From NCBI RefSeq assembly GCF_018350175.1, contig NC_058368.1:133488001-133552000 (forward strand): 64,000 nucleotides of DNA, given 5' to 3'. The notes beneath the pieces are model-generated. The model ran no database searches, was not told where the DNA came from, and saw only the letters and a program-made list of their open reading frames with translations. Below, piece by piece: positions 25,677 through 37,709 of this stretch (positions are counted from its first letter, which is position 1; each line of letters begins with the position of its first letter). The position numbers and the translations under genes were made by a program. The DNA is from Felis catus (taxonomy: Eukaryota).

Positions 25677-25786
25677 TTTTTTAAGATTTTATTTTTAAGT
25701 AATCTCCATACCCAACATGGGGCTTGAACTTACATCCCTGAGATCAAGAGTCACATGCTCTACCAACTGAGCCAGCCAGGCGCCCC
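25677..25786 (-). mobile_element. Short tRNA-Lys(CTT)-like carnivore SINE
   Basis: Reverse complement reads ggggcgcctggctggctcagttggtagagcatgtgactcttgatctcaggg...gttcaagcccc, then an A tail; TSD ccctctgacttga. Confidence 0.88.
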
Positions 25787-26845
25787 TCCCCTCTGACTTG
25801 AAATGGTGGATAGTTGAGAGTTGAGGAATGTGTTCTCTTCCTGCTTTGTTAATTGTGATCTGAATCTTGAGTTACGTCGCTGATGGAGACATGATGGTAC
25901 CAGGGGAATTTAATGACTTCAGATAAGTAAACAGTTTCAGGCATAGAGCAGATCCCTAAATAAAGGTCAGAGAAGCATCGAGAATATTAAAGTGACAGGA
26001 AAACAGGTGATACATATGCAAAGTCAAATCAGTTTCCCTGTGCTTTCCCCAATGTCATGGTTCCTAAACTGAAGTGTGCAAAGTGCTACGTTTAAAAAAA
26101 CTAACATAAAATTAGATTTTTTTTTTTTTTACATCTGTGGGCTATTGCATTTATTGCTTAATGTAAACATCACAGTTCAATGCCTGCTGTGTGGTGCTCT
26201 GTCCTTGGGACTGATAATATTGCTGGTGAGGCATGTGTGTGTGTGTGTGTTTAGAGATGTTCATAAGCAAAGGAATTGACTTTCTTGAAGTTGAGTTGAC
26301 AGACAAAAGTGGGATAGTGCTATCAAAGTGCTAATTTACATATTTCTCTCAGAAGAGAAGAAAGAAAATCAATTCTCATAAGAGATGAAACCAGTGGTGC
26401 GCTCTGTTTAGGTGAATGCCATTGTAGTTTGATCTAATAATGTATTTTAGGTTGTTTCTGAAACACTTTCTATTTTGCTAATTGAAGTTTGTGATTCAAA
26501 GAATTAATTAAAAACTGAAGATGGAAAATGATACTGGTATCTAGTACATCTCCCAGTTTAAATATGTCCGATTGATGTATTATTTTTCAAAACATGGTGT
26601 TCACTTGAGAAACTGAATTGCAATAAACAGCGAACTAGGTTGGGTAAATGAGAGTGGCTGGGAAAATTATTTGCTTAACAAACTTGTTGACATGATCACT
26701 TTTTGCTACGATTCCATCTGTGCTCTGCCTCTGTCCCTTTTCTTGTTCTTACAAGGTTTTAAGATGACCTGAAATAATACATCACTCAGCAAGATGAATA
26801 ACTTAAAACACAGGTAAAGATGCACACATGAAAAGCGTGGATAGG

Positions 26846-27065
26846 ACAGCATTTTTTAACGGCAACGTGATTGGTATTTTATGCTGGGTAATTCTTTCTG
26901 GCTGGGGGCTCTTCTGTACCTTGTCCTGTGCTCAGTAGCACCTGTGCTCTCCAGCTAGTAGCTATCAGTGGCATCCTCTGCTCCTTTTCAGTTGAGAGAA
27001 GCTAAAATGAGACATAGCCAAATGTTCCCCTCGGTGGCACAATCACTGCCACCTGGAAAACACTG
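26846..27065 (-). mobile_element. MER20 (hAT-Charlie)
   Basis: gagacatagccaaatgttcccc...ggcacaatcactgcc...aaacactg matches the MER20 reverse complement. Confidence 0.7.
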
Positions 27066-27075
27066 CTAAAGAGGA

Positions 27076-27450
27076 TGTTTCAGTCCATCCCACCTACTGC
27101 AACAGCGTACCATAGACTGGTTGGCTTATAAACAACCATTTATTTCTCAGAGTTTATTTCTTATCCACCTGTATCCTCTTGGGGGCTACTGAGTCCAAGA
27201 GCAAGCCCCTGGCAGATGTGGTGTCTGATGAGGGTTTGCTTCCTGGTTTATAGAAGTTCTAGCTCTGTCGTCACTTGGTTGAGGAAGCAAGAGAGCTCTG
27301 TGAGATCTCGTGTATAATGGGCTAATGCTATGCAAGATGACTCCACTTTCATGACCTAATCACTACCCAATGGTCCTGCCTCCAAACACCATCACACAGG
27401 GGTTAGTGTTCAACATATGAATTTGGGGGGAACACAAATAGTCCGCAGCA
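27076..27450 (-). mobile_element. MLT1A-type MaLR solo LTR
   Basis: TG...CA ends, caacatatgaatttggggggaacacaaa terminus, atgacctaatcac; 5-bp TSD gagga/gaggg. Confidence 0.85.
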
Positions 27451-28224
27451 GAGGGTAAAGTGGAATCCAGAGTGAAGTTTGTGCAGCAGCCGGGCCCATG
27501 AAGTCTTGATGAAGATTGGACCTACCACAGTTGGTCATGATGGGCTGCCCAGGCTTTGCCCTGTGATTTCTGGCGGTTGAGTGAGAGAACTGTGATGAAT
27601 TAGGTGGGGTTTCCAAGGTGCAAGCAGACTAGAAGCCAGCAGAAGCACACCTGATAGTACTGCAGAGAACCTAACAGCATTTCTCCAGGTTTCTATCTCA
27701 CTAACCAGAAAGAAGCTTCCGGCAGGCAGGGAGTTTTGTCTGCCGTCGCGGCCAGGGGCAAACTTGGCACATAACTGCTTAACAGAATTGTTTCATTAAG
27801 AGGATTCTTGACACGGAGGTCACTAATAGAGGTCCTTCCTCACTTGTTGATACATGCAGAACTTCCATGGCTGTTTCTTACAGTATCATTAAATGGAAAC
27901 ATGCATTCTGGGTGGCACAGTCCACAATGAGAGTCAGCAAAATAAATGGGCCCCCTGCAGCGTGGTCCAAGATGGTAGCTCAGTCAGTGTCTACTCGGTC
28001 TGTGTAGTTAGATTTTAAGATGCTGGGGAAAGGAAGGTTGCATATTCTTGATGCGGTGGTGAGCCTGGGAAATGTTTCTTCTCTATTTGAATAGTGTAGA
28101 ATAGAGGTAAGAATTCAGAGGTGCCCTTCAGAAGGGTCAGGTGAAAGCCGTATGCTTTACCAGTCAACAAGCTGAGAGAAAGTGGAACTTGAGCTGAGCT
28201 ACGGTGACAGTTATGGGCAGCATT

Positions 28225-28350
28225 CTTAGTTAATGAGTGCTTTAACGTGCCAAGCACTGTGTTAAGCCCTTTTCATTCATCATCCACCTGTATCCTCCCC
28301 ACCTCTTAGGCTCATACTTGAGAGAGGAGTCAAGTAGTTTGGCCAAGGCA
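28225..28350 (-). mobile_element. MIR fragment
   Basis: gagtgctttaacgtgccaagcactgtgttaagc. Confidence 0.55.
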
Positions 28351-28629
28351 TGGCACTGTGATGCTGCCCCTGAGAGTTCAGATTTGGGTTAGGCTCCTTC
28401 CATACAGCTGTGCCTCATGCACGCTGAACACCCTATAGCTTGAGAATCACAGCTGGAAATAATTGTAAAGCAGTACAAGCCAAGTTCTCCTCTGAGCCAT
28501 AAAGAAAAGTAAGACAACTCAGTAAAATCGTAATCCGTTTAATTTCCTTGCAAACCATTTGTGATGAAGTACACATGCAGAGATGTTTGAGAATGAGGTG
28601 ACTTCCTCTATGGCAGTTTCAATAACCAG

Positions 28630-28780
28630 CGCAGCTAACATTTATTCTACACTTATTATGTTCTGTGCATGTTTTAAGTGCGTATATGAATTCTTTTAAT
28701 CTCCACAACAACCACAGGAGATAGTATTACTACTAACGTTTTGTGGGTGAGGAAACGAGCATAGAAATAGTTAATTGTCT
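28630..28780 (-). mobile_element. MIR
   Basis: gctaacatttatt...ttaatctccacaacaacc...gtgaggaaac. Confidence 0.65.
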
Positions 28781-29689
28781 TAATTAGGATGGTGAGCGTT
28801 CACTTTTCTAACTACTGTGAAATTAGTATGAATCTGGTAATGACTGTCTTAAAGATAGAACTCTATTCTGTCAAATTTTAAAATGTTGTTTATAGGTTTT
28901 GGTTTAAAAGTAAATAAAACCCTGTGAAGTACAGTCAGTTCAGGTTGCTCATTTGATTCCTTTTTGGATGGAGGCAGTAGAACAGGTAATTAAGATTATA
29001 AGCATAGTCTATGCAATTTGTTAATTATTCATTTCATACCTTAAGTTTCTTAGAATATTTAATATCAAGAAACAGAATAGCTGAACCTGGTCTTCCTAAC
29101 CCCATGTTACTAGTCAGTCTCTTACTCTTTTTTCTTTTCTTTTTTTTTTTTTTTTTTTTTTTTTTAGCATAAAAAAGACTACTGGTGAGCCTCATTGTGT
29201 ATGCAAGTGACATTGATGATCCAGGTGAACTAATGAACTTTGGCCTTAGGGCACATGCATTCTGGATGGGTCTTTAAAATGCATGTCCCACATCTTGGGA
29301 ATGAATGGGGAATTACAGCAAAGAGAAGAGAGTGTAGGGAAAGGCTTGGATTGATAGACACAACTGAATATGCTCGTTAGGATATAGTTAAGAGGCCGAA
29401 TAATTCATTATTTAGAAATCACCTTCAGAGGCAGCGGTGTTAAAAAAAATTAGCATATTAGTTTGTATATAGAAAGATTCTTTAAAAAGGTGACGTTTGC
29501 TATAACCTCAGGGTCTTTTTCATACATGAAACGTTCAATTTTGTCAAAATGCTGTGGACTGCATTTAGCATTTTCACCTTGAGTAACATTTAATGTAATC
29601 TTATTCAGCTTTGTCCAACAGTAAAAACTGTTAATTGTACGTGGTCTTTGTTTTTTGGTTATATTTTAAACGAAATACCAGAGATTGCC

Positions 29690-30720
29690 ATTCATTTGTT
29701 CTTTCAACCAACGTTTACATGGGGCCTTTTATGTAGAGCAGTGGACAAATGGAACAGACTAGTATGTAATTTCATGCAACTTAGGATCTAGTGGGAGAAG
29801 GAAAACAAATATAGAAGATCTAACATGGGGTGAGAGATGCTAGAAAGAAGCATAAAGAAGGGAATGAAGCGGTGGGCATGCTGTTTTACACAAAGCAGTT
29901 GGAGAACCCCCCCATGGAAGACTGACTATTGAATAGAGACCTGGAGGGTGGGAGTTTGATGGGGGGGGGGGCAGAGCATGGTAGCTAATATCTGGAGTGC
30001 ATCTCAAGCAGAGGCCATGCTCAAGGTAAGGGTGCTGGGTGCGAAGATGCCTGGAGCACCGAGGTGCAGTAACAGGCCAAGGTAGAGCAAGTGAAATAGT
30101 AGCTGGGATCAGAGACTTGTGAGTAGAGGTGGAACGACCCGTAGGGCATTGCCAGGACTTTGCGTTTTACTCTGGGTGAGGGGAAGGGGAGGCCGGAGGA
30201 CCCCAGCAGACGATGTGGAGCATCTGGCTTATGTTTTAGATGGTCGCTGGCTGCTGTGCTGAGACAAGGATGGAAACAGGTCTGGATGGCAGGGATAAGC
30301 TTGGTAGCAGTAGGAATGGGGAAGTGATTGGATTCTGCATATGTGTATTTTGGAGGTTAGTTTAGAGGAATTTGATATGGAGTGAACACAGAAGTTCAGA
30401 ATAATTGTAAGGTTTGTGACTTGACTAGCTAGATAAAAGGACTTGCAGTTTACTGGAAAGGGAAAAAACGGGTTTATGTCCATATGATCACTGTGATGGT
30501 GTAGAAACTGTGAATTAGAGAACTTGTGTGCTCGAGTGTGAGTGTATCTGGAGGGGAGGTTGGAGAAAATAGTTAAGAAGGCTGCAAGTTGAATGTTCAT
30601 TGAAAGTTTGGATATGCCCTTTTAGAGAGAGATGATGGTACTCCTGGGGGCTATAGCCATAGAAGAATTAACCCATGGTCCGTGTTTGGAGATGGTGGTG
30701 GTGGGGATGGCAGAGACACT
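29690..30720 (-). mobile_element. L2 remnant
   Basis: cattcatttgttctttcaaccaacgttta terminus; ggactttgcgttttactctgggtgag; gattctgcatatgtgtattttggagg. Confidence 0.7.
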
Positions 30721-30765
30721 AAAAATAAGATCAAGATTCCTTGGTAATTTGCCTTTACCTGTATT

Positions 30766-31029
30766 TTCATTCATTCATTCATTCATTCATTCATTCATCC
30801 ATTTTATTTATTCATTCATTCATTCAATTTATTTTTTGAGAGAGAGAGAGAGAGAGAGCACAAGTGGAGGAGGGGCAGAGAGAGAGAGAGGGAGAGAGAC
30901 AATCCCAAGCAGGCTTTATGCTGTCAGCACAGAGCCCTACTCGGGGGTCGATTGCACCAACTGGGAGATCATGACCTGAGTTGAAATCAAGAGTCGGATG
31001 CCTAACCAACTGAACCACTCAGGCGCTCC
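30766..31029 (-). mobile_element. CanSINE (Fc3-like) whose tail became (TTCA)n
   Basis: SINE body; TSD tacctgta(t/c)ttt encloses the tetranucleotide repeat. Confidence 0.9.
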
Positions 31030-32644
31030 TACCTGTACTTTTAATTCATTTTCACTGATGGTAGAAGCCATATTGTGACAGTGATGGGTTCTTCTCTTTT
31101 TCCCAGCCTGAGCATTGTAAACAGCCAACAGTGAATGGAGGTGATAAACCCAACACAGATGCGGAGTTCTAGTGATAAGCTTCTCAATAGGACTGAGAAT
31201 TTTGGAAACTTTGCACTAAATGTGCATCAGACTTCTAGTAGTTGTATTATAGTTTCCGTACACCCTTTTTTCTCTAAGATGCTTCCATGCTTCCTGTGAT
31301 AGACTGCTAGCAACAGAAGTTGTTGACATGTATGTGGTGTGTTTGGTCCCTATCTGTCTGACTTCGGCATTTAATGATATGCCACTGGACCTCTTCAAAC
31401 TGTTTTGTGGTCCTTGGAACTGCAGGAGGGTGAGAAAACTAAACTGGGAAGCTTTGAGCAAATGGGATCCACCACAAATCAATATTTGCTATTGGTGAAT
31501 GAGGTAAGGTTATATTTCTGCAGAATGTGTCTTTGCAGGCTAGTTTGTGGCTAGCAGCGACTAGGTAAGTATGTGACAAGGGAAGAGGGCTATCTCTTGA
31601 TAGGAATGCATTGTCTGCTTGGTGACAAAAATTAGAAGTCTGTGAAGCAGGCATGATAAGTTCAGGCTTCATTGTTTGGTTTAAAGACAAGCTCTGTCGT
31701 TAGCTGAACTTCCTGTAGTATGAAGACGTGGGGAGTTTGGAAAAGTTGGAAAACATTAAACGGGAATCCTTTAAAGGGCTGTGTCTGAAGTGATAAGTTT
31801 GATGTCTACCATAAGCTCTAGGGTGTGATGAAATATTTGCCATTGGAGTATGAGTGTTTGAATCAGGACAAAAAATGAAAAAGAAATCGCAGGGCTGCAG
31901 TGGACCATTTTGAGAAGCTTTGACTAATTGTAGAAAGAACATTGAGCCCCTGACAAGCCAGCAAATTTGGAAAAATGATCTATTTAGAGAGAGCCCTGTT
32001 GGGATTGTGATTTGATGTGAAGAAGGAAATGGGATCCTGGAACATGGTGCTACGCTTACAGGTTTTTCTCCTTAGACTGTGTTTGAGACGTTGACAGCCC
32101 TCACAGTTCACTGACTCCATTTTCCCAGATTTAAAATAATACTCCCCTCTTGAGGTTGCGGTTCTGATTAGAAATGCCGGGTTATGGACTAAGAGCTCAT
32201 GGCTATATATGTGATGAAATAGATTTTCTTTTTTGTTTGTTTTCTTTTACTTTTTTCTTGATTTCCTTCCTGGCCTGCATTTGTTTCCTCTTCTAGGGCT
32301 TTGTTTGGAAATATGTAAGGAAATCACATAATTCTTACTTAGGAATTATCTTCCTTCTTATTTTTCCACCCTCTGTTAACTTGTGATATAACACTCTTCC
32401 CCAGAGAGAGTAATTGTAATTCTGCAAGCTGAAAAATTTAACTTCAGGTGAAAAAGAAGGAGCAGAAGTTGATGAACCCTTAAACAATAAATATTTGTAT
32501 TTTATGCAGCTGCCACTAGTAATTGGGAGAAAATAACTAAGTGGAATGGACTCTAAGTCACTCAGATACTCTCAGGGGTTCTGGATGCATTTACGGGATC
32601 CAGTAGCTGGCTATTGGGGAACGTTGTGTTGAATGTCTGTGACA

Positions 32645-32663
32645 CATTGCCACCTTGTGGCTG
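32645..32663 (-). promoter_or_regulatory. Candidate CTCF motif
   Basis: Reverse complement CAGCCACAAGGTGGCAATG fits the CTCF core (CCAC-AG(G/A)(G/T)GGC); lies in unique sequence. Confidence 0.45.
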
Positions 32664-34269
32664 CAAGCTTTCCTTTTAAGGCAAAAGCAAATTCCTAGTA
32701 TTGAGTCCACATGGTAGAATCTTATTTTATATTTTCCCTACTATTTATAATTCAAGGTGATAACGAAAGATTTGAGACACTTAAAAGGATACTTGTAATA
32801 CAGGGTAGGAGAATTGAAGAGAATGTCCTTGTTCTCAGAAGAAGCATACTGAAGTTTTGGGGGGTGAAGATCCATAATGCGTGCAACTCTCCACTGTGTG
32901 GGGGTGGGAGAAGACAGAAGAAGAGAGAGCAAAGGTAGTATGGCAAAAGGTGGTAAAGGGAATACAGGTGCTCACTGTCATTGCCAAGAAAAAAGAAAAA
33001 AAAAAGAGTAAAGGCATAAAATGGAGCCATGAAGGAGACAAAAATAACTTCTACATTGTATAATGATCAGACCACATTTGAACCACTGATTGCTTTCTGC
33101 ATTTTCCAGTAGCTGGTGTGTCACTGTCCAGGGTTCTCTTGCTCCAGTTTTGTGTCCATAAGGTTTGAGGCCAGAGTATCTAAAATTTGATACAATTCCT
33201 TCTTAGAGGCTGTCCTAAGTAGGATGCTGTTGTAATGAACAGCAGACTCAACAAATAGCTTCCAAAAGTACAATCTGGGATCTTTTCCCTACTGATCTGG
33301 CTTGATCCTGGAGTGGAGGCATTGCTAGTTTTTCGAGGGCCTCTCACAATAATACTAAGTGGCCATGAAATACAGTAAGAAATGGACCAGCATTGAGTTT
33401 GAGGTGGTTACTTACTGACAAGTGCTTGAAGCCCAGATGTTGGGTGTTACTAATGAATACAGTGAGCTTGGGGGAGCACACATCTTGTAAGAGCTGAGCC
33501 AGTGAGGTCTGTTCTACCCCACTGCGCTTGGGAGGAGTTACTCATAGGCAGGGTTAAATTTCTTTTTGTGCCATCGTTTTGAGTATGCTGCACCACGTAG
33601 GCAAAATAGATCCATGATAGTGCTAATCTGCAAAAATTCAGACAGATATAACCAGATAGCTGTTTCTCTACCCATGAACACAAAGCAAAGCAAATCTCAG
33701 TGAAGCATCCCTAAAAATGCTCAGATTTGAGCAGCGCTACTGAAGTCTTGTCTGAATTTAAATTTCTACAAAGTTTTTTTCTGTGGCATTTGGAATTTCC
33801 ACGAATACCTTTTGTACTCCTTTCTTGTTCTTAATAACCATCTGGATAGATGTATATGCAAATGAGTATTTTTGTCCTCAGTAACCATCTATATATATAT
33901 ATGTGTATATGTATATATATATTGCATATATACTCTGAAGGTGAACATTTTAGAAGATGTGGCCCTATTCAAGTTTGAAAGGTTTTCTTAGAAAAGGAGG
34001 ACAGATCTTGAAATAAGAGTTGTGACACAAGGGATTCTTTTGTAGAAAGCTGTCTCTTGAAGTGATTTTAGTTTCTCTGATTCTTGTGACAGGTTTTCTT
34101 TTAAAAGGCTATAAAGTGATATAGGGATGTATTGATTTGCATTAAGGGATGTGGTGCTGAGAAATTTCCCTTCCCTGCATGTATCTGTGAGCACCAGATG
34201 CCTGTGGATTTTCTTTTGTGAACTACTAAAGAAGTGATCTATTGATTCTCTATAGAACAATACTACTCA

Positions 34270-34480
34270 TTTTTTAGAGACATCATGGCCCACAGAACGA
34301 CATATACTTTACACAGTGAGTAAGGACACACACACACAAGTATAACTTAATCAGGCGATTCATGAAACTGTGCTTGGACTCTAACAACTTCTGCTACATT
34401 TAAACGAATCCTGGTTAGATCTACTAAATTTGGTTTCATGAACCACTAATTTGTTGGGACCCGCACTTTAAACGTCACTG
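34270..34480. mobile_element. Probable hAT-Charlie-type DNA transposon remnant
   Basis: actaaatttggtttcatgaaccactaat...gacccgcactttaaacgtcactg terminus. Confidence 0.45.
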
Positions 34481-34669
34481 CTGTTGAGATTTTGCGGTAC
34501 GCCAGAATGTGCTCCAGATGTAGCACACAATAGTGAAACCCTGAATTCTCTAAAGTAACCACATTAGGAACAGGCTTGGGAGAGAGGGATTTGGAGAAGG
34601 ATAAGCAAGGGGGCTGGTGGGTGTTGAGAGTGTCCTCAGCCTGTGATGCCCCTGTGTTTGTCTCTACAG

Positions 34670-34823
34670 CTTGACCACATACTGTCACCTCCGCCCATGC
34701 CGTTTCGGAAATGCAGCACCCCGGATGTGACTTCTGGTCCTGCAAAGTCACTGAAGTTTAAAAGACAGCTGAGTGAGGACGGGCGAGAGCTGCGGCGGGG
34801 AAGCCTGGGAGGAGCTCTCACAG
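34670..34823 (+). CDS. MAST4: MAST4 internal coding exon (likely exon 2), 154 nt, phase 0 to phase 1
   Basis: Acceptor tgtgtttgtctctacag| and donor ACAG|gtgagt. Encodes LDHILSPPPMPFRKCSTPDVTSGPAKSLKFKRQLSEDGRELRRGSLGGALT(G), which I recognise as the MAST4 N-terminal region. CpG-rich relative to the intron. Confidence 0.93.
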
Positions 34824-34987
34824 GTGAGTCCTGAATGACGGACGCGCAAGAGGAGAAATTGCCTTGACACACTGGCGGGTCCTCCCAGGTGGTGTGAAAA
34901 TTGGCCTGCTTTGGAATGGGCCTGGCCCTCTGCAGACCCTTTGGTGAAATCTAATGCAACCCAGAGAGCAGTAAAATTGAAAATTTT

Positions 34988-35138
34988 ATTGTTTCAAATT
35001 TTTATTTAAATTCCACTTAGGTAACAAACAGTGTACTCCTGGTGTCAGGCATAGAATTCAGGGGTTCATCACTCATTTACTCCAGTCCTCATCCTAACAA
35101 GCTGAGTGGGTGATGGGTCTTAAGGAGGGCATGTGTTC
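34988..35138 (-). mobile_element. 5'-truncated, 5'-inverted carnivore L1 3'UTR insertion
   Basis: Antisense L1 tail up to ~35101, then a sense segment; degenerate TSD at 34972-34987 and 35139-35154. Confidence 0.75.
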
Positions 35139-35154
35139 TGAAATTGAGGATTTT

Positions 35155-35990
35155 ACTGACAAAGTTGACATACAACAGAAGGGACCTGCTAAAGCAGGTG
35201 TGTGTACAGATTTTGGCAAATTTATTTACTTTTTTAAATGTTTATATATTTTGAGAGAGAGAGAGAGCAGGGGAGGGGCAGAGAGAGAGAGAGAGGGAGA
35301 CCTCTGCAGGTCTCTTCGCTGTCACCGCAGAACACCATGTGGGGCTTGATCTCACCAACTGTGAGATTATGGCCTCAGCCAAAATCAAGACTTGACTGAC
35401 GAAGCCACCCAGGTGCCCCAATTCGGCAAATTCTATACACCAGCGTAGCTACCACCACAGTCGAGATATAAAACCTTTCCTGTGCCCTGTTTTTGTCTTT
35501 CCTGCTCTCATCCCTCATTTCTTGGCCCCAGGCGACCAGCGATCTGCTTTTCCTCACTGCAGATTCGATTTACTCGAGAATTTAACATTAGTAGAATCAA
35601 ACGGTACATGTTCTTTTGTGTCAGGCTTCTTTTGCTCAGTATGTTGTTAAGATTCATCTGTGTTGGTGCATGCATCAGTAGTGTATATTGAACTTTATCA
35701 GGAACTGCCAAACTGTTTCCAAAATTGTACCGTTTTACATTCCCACCAGCGACAGATGAGCAATCTAATTGCTCTGCATTCTTGCCAACTTGTGGTATTG
35801 CCAGGTATTGAGTTGTTTTTTGATTTTAGCCATTTTAATGGGTAGATAGTCATATCACATCAGGGATTTATTTTGTATGTTCTTGATGACTTAAGTGGTG
35901 TTGAACATCTTTGCATGTGCTTATTGGACGTTCGTTTATCATTTGTGAAATGTCTTCACAGCTTTCATCCTTTTATTTTCCTTCTCACCC
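35155..35990 (-). mobile_element. Old L1M fragment interrupted by a SINE
   Basis: ggcttcttttgctcagtatgttgttaagattcatc; gaactgccaaactgtttcc...ttacattcccaccagc; gattttagccattttaatggg. Confidence 0.8.
35221..35419 (-). mobile_element. CanSINE
   Basis: SINE body; TSD tt(t/c)ggcaaatt. Confidence 0.88.
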
Positions 35991-36217
35991 ATTTTTCAAT
36001 CATGTTGTTAAATTTAATTTAAACATTTTCGAATACAGAGAAAACACAAATCACTTGTATTGACTTGAAACATAGCCAGCCTAAGATAATTTAAAGTGCT
36101 TTGAAGTAACTCACCATATAAATTTTTCATATTACTCACCTTTAAATCACTGAAGGTTATTTCTTTTTCTTTCTGAGTGCTTTTTTCTGTGAATATAAAT
36201 ATCTTTGGACAAACTGG

Positions 36218-36428
36218 TTTTTATTTTATTATTCTTTATATGTTTGTTTTTGAGAGAGAGCATGCACATGTGGAGGAGGGGCAGACCAATAGGGAGAGAG
36301 AGAATCCCAAGCAGGCTCCACACTCAGCACAGAGCCCGATGTGGGGCTCAGTCTCACAAACTGTGAGATCATGACCTGTGCTGAAATCAAAAATTGGATA
36401 CTTAAGCGACTGAGCCACCCAGGGGCCC
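36218..36428 (-). mobile_element. CanSINE (Fc3-like)
   Basis: agaatcccaagcaggctcc...gactgagccacccagg. Confidence 0.9.
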
Positions 36429-37165
36429 AAGAAACAGATTATTAAGTCCCAAAGCAGAGTTTTCTCTGTATATGACAATTTTTCTCTGCCAGTTCCTAAA
36501 TGGTCTGAAAAGTAAGTTGAGTTATTCACATTTTTTGGAGAATCCTGGATTTTGACTTCCGAGAGATAAATTTCTGGTAACAGCAAGGATTCTGTCATAG
36601 GTTCAGTAGACTTCAGAACATTTGACCCATTGTGGCATACTGCGGGGTGAAATTGACCTCAGGCCAAGGGGAAGAAATTCACCAAAGACTGCTTCACTTC
36701 ACTAAGTTTAGGCAAATGTTCATACTTGAGTTATACTGATATTCTTTGAACGCTTGTGAGGATATTTTTCTTTGCTTTCCTTTACAGATTGAGACTATTT
36801 GCTTTTTTAAGCGGGAGATCCTAAACATTGTTTAGTCCAACCCTTTTTTGTAAGTGGAGAAATTAAATCTTAATGGTTAAAAGACTCATCCCTTTCCTTA
36901 CTCATTTCACTTAGGAAATTTACTTACTTTGGTTATACTATTTTTGACCAAAAGGAGGGGCAGTAATGATTCTCTCCAATTTTTGCTAGAGGAGTACACT
37001 TAAAGCTTTAAAGCAATGCAGAGGTATAGCTCTTGATGCAGATAAATGACCTGAGTCACGAAATTTGGCCTACAGCTTAAAAAAAAATCTGAAGTTGATT
37101 CCCATTTCATAATCTCAATAGCTCTAGCAATCCTACTCTTAAAAATTTAGTGTGCTATATATAGT

Positions 37166-37425
37166 TTATTTTATTTTATTTTATTTTATTTTATTTTATT
37201 TTATTTTATTTTATTTTTTTAACGTTTTTATTTATTTTTGAGACAGAGAGAGACAGAGCATGAACGGGGGAGGGGCAGAGAGAGAGGGAGACACAGAATC
37301 TGAAGCAGGCTCCAGGCTCTGAGCTGTCAGCACAGAGCCCGATGCGGGGCTCGAACTCACTGACAGTGTGATCATGACCTGAGCCGAAGTCGGTCACCCA
37401 ACCGACTGAGCCACCCAGGCGCCCC
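37166..37425 (-). mobile_element. CanSINE (Fc2-like) with (TTTTA)n tail
   Basis: Near-consensus body with a pentanucleotide tail. Confidence 0.93.
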
Positions 37426-37492
37426 TACATTTAAATTTTAAATGCATCTATAATTGTGATTACGGTAATGTCATAAAGGAATATAATTTTCT

Positions 37493-37709
37493 TTAAAAAT
37501 TTTTTTAATGTTTATTTATTTTTGAGACAGAGAGAGACAGTGCATGAACGGGGGAGGGTCAGAGAGAGAGGGAGACACAGAATCTGAAGCAGGCTCCAGG
37601 CTCTGAGCTGTCAGCACAGAGCCCGACGCGGGGCTCGAACTCACGAACCGTGAGATCATAACCTGAGCCGAAGTCGGCCGCTTAACCGACTGAGCCACCC
37701 AGGCGCCCC
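37493..37709 (-). mobile_element. CanSINE (Fc2-like)
   Basis: Near-consensus, CpG-retaining body. Confidence 0.93.

Noticed and set aside
25677..25786. Possible tRNA-Lys gene
   Set aside because: It has an A tail, TSDs, a SINE-type head and decayed CpGs, so it is a tRNA-derived SINE.
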